From: Atractiella rhizophila
Taxonomy: Eukaryota
Reading direction: 5' to 3'
Length of the DNA: 41,238 bases
NCBI GenBank assembly: GCA_021432655.1
Contig: MU271217.1
Coordinates: 19,930 to 61,167 of the forward strand
Position numbers and translations under genes: made by a program. Below are positions 36,620-41,238 of the stretch, in pieces. Within the stretch, counting starts at the first letter, position 1, and each line of letters begins with the position of its first letter. The notes beneath the pieces are model-generated. The model worked only from the letters and a program-made list of their open reading frames with translations. It ran no database searches and was not told the DNA's origin.

Positions 36620-37057
36620 AAAGTTGAAGCCTTGGGCTGGTCTCACTTGCTCGATGTTAAAAAGGTGTCTTTAACTCCACCGTGTATACGCAGATTTATT
36701 ACTATGTTTGGTATGGATAGATGAAAGCATTGGAGAAGTTCAACAAAACATCTATGGCAGCGACTCTCAGACAGTATTCAAGGGCGTTCAGTGACAACAG
36801 CATTTCCCTACGGAAAAAACAGAGCACTCAAAACTGAAGAACAAATCGGTAGCGTGAGGTACTTGGAGTGCTATACGATGTAACGCACAGATCAACTTGA
36901 ACACAAACGAAATTGCTGACTTATGTTGGATGTGTTCGGTATGACCAGAAACGATCATCGTGAACTTTTCTTTCGTCACAAATCATGACCTAGACATTGA
37001 AGTCTGTAGAAATGCCTTGTTAGATAGTCCGAGAGACAGGGACGAAAGTACGAACCA

Positions 37058-37564
37058 TTACAGACCCATGCTCCTCAACTCATCATGGAAATTCCTCAAT
37101 CTCTCCTCTCGCTGAATCACTTTCTTCCTTTTTCGTTCTGCTTTTTCGTTGTATGCTGGGGGGAGATCTCCGACCCTCGGTGGGAAGAGGAAAGACTCGA
37201 AGGACATGCGCTCTTCTGGAGTCAAAGGACGGTCCGACCGAGGCGAAGGAGGATCGTTGAACTCGGTTGTTTCGCGGGCAACGGTCTGACCAGACTGACG
37301 GAGTAATTCGCTGAAAGGAGTTATGGAAGGATGGGCTGCGCGTCGTGTTCGTTTGAAGATTTTGAATTTTGAAGCGGCTTTTCGAAATTTTGAGGGTCGT
37401 GACGGGGAGTCTTCCATTCTCAGCGAAAAAGATGAGAAAGAGGATGAAACAGATGAGGACAATGACGATGAGGTGGATGAGGACAGGAAAGAGGTCGTAA
37501 CAGGAGCGTAATGCATGCTTCCGAGAGGTGAGAATTGACCTGTCGAATCAGGGTGGAAGAGCAT
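37058..37564 (-). CDS. Hypothetical 168-aa Ser-rich/basic protein
   Basis: Uninterrupted ORF with an upstream CATATAAAAG box near 37610 on the minus strand. Contains LPPAY (PY-like). No family recognised. Confidence 0.5.
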   Translation of the reverse strand: MLFHPDSTGQFSPLGSMHYAPVTTSFLSSSTSSSLSSSVSSSFSSFSLRMEDSPSRPSKFRKAASKFKIFKRTRRAAHPSITPFSELLRQSGQTVARETTEFNDPPSPRSDRPLTPEERMSFESFLFPPRVGDLPPAYNEKAERKRKKVIQREERLRNFHDELRSMGL

Positions 37565-37718
37565 GCTCGTGAGTTGGTTATGGGGAAACCGCCTTCATCA
37601 GCGCCTCTTTTATATGCGTTGACATAGGTGACTGGGATCCACGGACATCACCGCTGAATGCGTCGAAGCGAAGACGTTGCCCTCGAAGTTAAAATCTTCA
37701 CCCAAACAACCATCCCAA

Positions 37719-38837
37719 AACTGAAAAATGTCATTTTTCTCACACGGTAGGTTCAGCACGCCCAAAGACGCGTCCTGCCGCATCGGATTACAGTTCTATC
37801 ACACGAAATCTCTAGGTGACGCGCGTGAAAATCATAAAACTGGAATCAACACCTTCGGCACAAAACCTTTTCTCCCTTTGTCTTCCCCCAACATGGGGAT
37901 CGAGGTTTCGTTTGGACGTGTTATTGGGCGAGCACGTCCTGTCTGCACGGTTGCGAAAGGTGCACACGGTGAACTGCATTCATCGGGATTGATATGCATT
38001 ACTGAAAATCAACGCCAAATGTGGCTGAGGGCAAGAGGTGAGAGGAGTAGGCGGTTACGTAACAGACCGCTGCTTCTCTGTGTTTATCAAATTTATCAAA
38101 GCTTGAGCTCAGACAGTTGCATAGATTGCAGCTACTAGAACGAGAGAAAAATGCATGTGGTAGAGCTTTTGGGACGAGAAAATCATTGGTCAATAGTACG
38201 AAAGTGTCATTTGCGCTCGAAAATGGGGATTCTGGGTTAATATGCGCATAGCGTGAGCATAGATCCTTCCTTTCATGCACAGACTGCATCTGATCTCCAC
38301 TTGGGCTAGGACTTCAGGGTCCTGTCCCCAGGAAGCAACTCAGTTGTTTATCGGAGGTGTCACAGAGTTTCTTTCATCACTAAATCGTTCTTGATTGGTA
38401 CGGAGGTACTGGTCCCATCATCCTCGTTCATGAACGGCCTCGACAAGTTGACAACCACATTATCTGTGTGCTAGCCAACGGTAGCTATGCAAACGCCTCC
38501 TAGTTCTAAGAAAGCTCTTCAGCAACTATCGAAAATTGAGAAGCTCGTGACAATGTCTCGACCCAGATTAGGTTTATAAATTGACAATCATCGAAATAGT
38601 ATTTCTCGGTCCATAAAGTATCGCGGATGATTCTTTGGAGCGACTAGCCCTGAAGGTCGTGAGCAAAACCCACAGATTGTCCAGCTTCGATCGAAGCGCA
38701 AGCGGAAGAGGCACGAATATCAGCGGAGACTGTGGAATGTCTTTTATTCATTCTAAATGAGCATCCAATTGCAACGGTTCAGCTCTGGGTTCAGCTACCA
38801 TCCACTCCGAATAAGGAGGAAGGCACCAGCTCACAGG
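37719..38837. repeat. Copy 1 of a >=1.1-kb direct repeat
   Basis: aactgaaaaatgtcatttttctcacacgg...caccagctcacagg recurs at 40123-41238 with scattered substitutions and small indels. Confidence 0.97.
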
Positions 38838-40122
38838 TAGCCCATCTTCAGATCTGTTGATTCACGCAGCAATAGAGCAGCAGTAAAACCCTTCCTTTGT
38901 CCCTATCTCTCTCCTCCAGAACCCAACCAGCAAAGACCATTGAATCTGGCACACCTGGTCTTACACTTTCATTTTGTCTTTGTCCGTTTCGCCAGCGATT
39001 ATGAAATGTAGGGTTAGGACTTGGTATCCCAATCCTGATCTTTGTTATTGACAGTACGGAGTGTTACGTTCTCAGTCTTTCTCACTTGCTTTCACGCATA
39101 TATCTTTTAATACTTCAGAGAGTGCGTGCCACCTCCGCCCCAGTCTCTCTTCAAACTCACAACTCTGGAATAATGAGCGGCCTTGTGAGTTTCTCTTTTG
39201 TGAGAAACAGAGCTACCGAGTTGTTTGTCGCTTCGTTAGGCTGATATTGAAGAGGAATTGTCTATTCCCGCTTTGGCATAGAGTCTCGCGACGTGATGGG
39301 ATGGTTCCCGGATGTTTACGACGACCTTGAGGGTAGAATCGAGCATCATTTCCTTAACCATTTGCCAGAATTTCTAGTAAACATTGCACATTTCTTTCGC
39401 TCGATTGCATTCTCACAACTCGCCTTGGAATCGAAATGTGATGGTACATTTACTTTCGTTTCAGAAGAGTCGGTCACAGGTTGGGTGAGGATCCAATACT
39501 CACTCGGCCGTATTTTGAGATTTCAAAGCAACTTCTTTCTTATTCTGATCAAGCTACGAATTTCGACACTCTTTCTAACGAGAAAGTACGAAATTTTGTA
39601 ATATACTAAAAAAAAGCGCGCAAAAAGTCCACTGCCAATTGCGACAATAAGCGTGTTCCCCCTTCCCAACCTCACGTCTTACAAAATCACTCTGCAAGAA
39701 GACATAGTACGATCACGATGTCTGATCGTGTTCTGGAACCACTGCAAAGCCCTTTGCCTTTCCCACAGGAACACACGAACTACGATATATCGACAGCTCC
39801 TCAGTCCCCTGAGGAGACATCACGTTAAATAGCTGCGAAAGAACTTGTCCACCTTGAGCCATCCTCAGTTCTGCGCCAATCCTCGATCTTCACGTTCACG
39901 TTCTACTGATCATCCACAGCGTCGCAATTCTTCTTAATGGTGTTTCGTCCTCTTCTGTTGAGACACGAATCTGTCTGGAGCAAAGTCCACTCCTCGCTCA
40001 ATGAGCGAAGTTCTGCCTGCTGAGGAGAGTATAAGTGGGCTGGGATGGATAAACTGCGTGTGCGCGAAGGAAATGGTGGAAAGAGAGGCAGGAGATAAGT
40101 ATAGAATGGGAGAATGGCGCGT

Positions 40123-41238
40123 AACTGAAAAATGTCATTTTTCTCACACGGTAGGTTCAGCACGCCCAAAGACGCGTCCTGCCGCATCGGATTACAGTTC
40201 TATCACACGAAATCTCTCGGTGACGCGCGTGAAAATCATAAAACTGGAATCAACACCTTCGGCACAAAACCTTCTCTCCCTTTGTCTTCCCCCAACATGG
40301 GGATCGAGGTTTCGTTTGGACGTGTTATTGGGCGAGCACGTCCTGTCTGCACGGTTGCGAAAGTGCACACGGTGAACTGCATTCATCGGGATTGATATGC
40401 ATTACTGAAAAATCAACGCCAAGTGTGGCTGAGGGCAAGAGGTGAGAGGAGTGGGTGGGTTACGTAACGGACCACTGCTTCTTTATGTTTATCAAATTTA
40501 TCAAAGCTTGAGCTCAGACAGTTGCATATACGATTGCAGCTACTAGAACGATGAGAAAAATGCATGTTGTAGAACTTTTGGGACGAGAAAATCATTGGTC
40601 AATGGTACGAAAGTGTCATTTGCGCTCGAAAATTGAAATTCTGGGTTAATATGCGCATAGATCCTTCCTTTCATGCACAGACTGCATCTGATCTCCACTT
40701 GGGCTAGGACTTCAGGGTCCTGCCACCAGGAAGCAACTCAGCTGTTTATCGGAGGTGTCACAGAGTTTCTTTCATCGCTAAATCGGTCTTGATTGGTATG
40801 GAGGTACTTGTCCCATCATCCTCGTTCATGAACGGCCTCGACAAGTTGACAACCACATTATCTGTGTGCTAGCCAACGGTAGCTATGCAAACCCCTCCTG
40901 GTTCTAAGAAAGCTCTTCAGCACCTGTCGAAAATTGAGAAGCTCGTGACAATGTCTCGACCCAGATTAGGTTTATAAAATGGCAATCATCGAAATAGTAT
41001 TTCTCGGTCCATAAAGGATCGCGGATGATTCTTTGGAGCGACTAGCCCTGAAGGTCGTGAGCAAAACCCACAGATTGTCCAGCTTCGATCGAAGCGCAAG
41101 CGGAAGAGGCACAAATATCAGCGGAGACTGTGGAATGTCTTTCATTCATTCTAAATGAGCATCCAATTGCAACGGTTCAGCTCTGGGTTCAGCTACCATC
41201 CACTCCGAATAATGACGAGGAAGGCACCAGCTCACAGG
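40123..41238. repeat. Copy 2 of the direct repeat (runs off window end)
   Basis: Colinear with 37719-38837; start-to-start offset 2404 bp. Confidence 0.97.

Overview
Eukaryotic, intron-rich fungal DNA with ~40-60 nt GT-AG introns. It looks basidiomycete; Pucciniomycotina is a guess. Left to right: (1) a duplicated block, 1-1946 = 3009-4960, either side of an N gap, carrying an ELO/GNS1 fatty-acid elongase (-) and a divergently oriented RNase H-fold gene with degenerate catalytic residues (+); (2) importin alpha; (3) decayed F-box/LRR-like sequence; (4) a decayed basidiomycete DNA-transposon-like unit (Zn-finger + DDxSGNxSKxWNKH transposase, -) head-to-head with an intron-containing accessory gene (+); (5) inside an intron of that accessory gene, a young 557-bp TRIM with identical 114-bp LTRs and a 5-bp TSD; (6) BET4, a bacterial-type alpha/beta hydrolase, an ACS-family MFS transporter, threonine aldolase with an unusually long structured first intron, and a PPZ-type phosphatase; (7) hypothetical genes and a >=1.1-kb direct repeat running off the right end. 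The most interesting signal is the TRIM. It has a tRNA-Tyr-derived Pol III promoter split across the LTR/internal boundary, and a non-tRNA PBS complementary to its own predicted transcript 5' end, which suggests a Pol III-transcribed, self-priming mini-retroelement. All calls are by eye; exon boundaries are approximate and no database searches were run.
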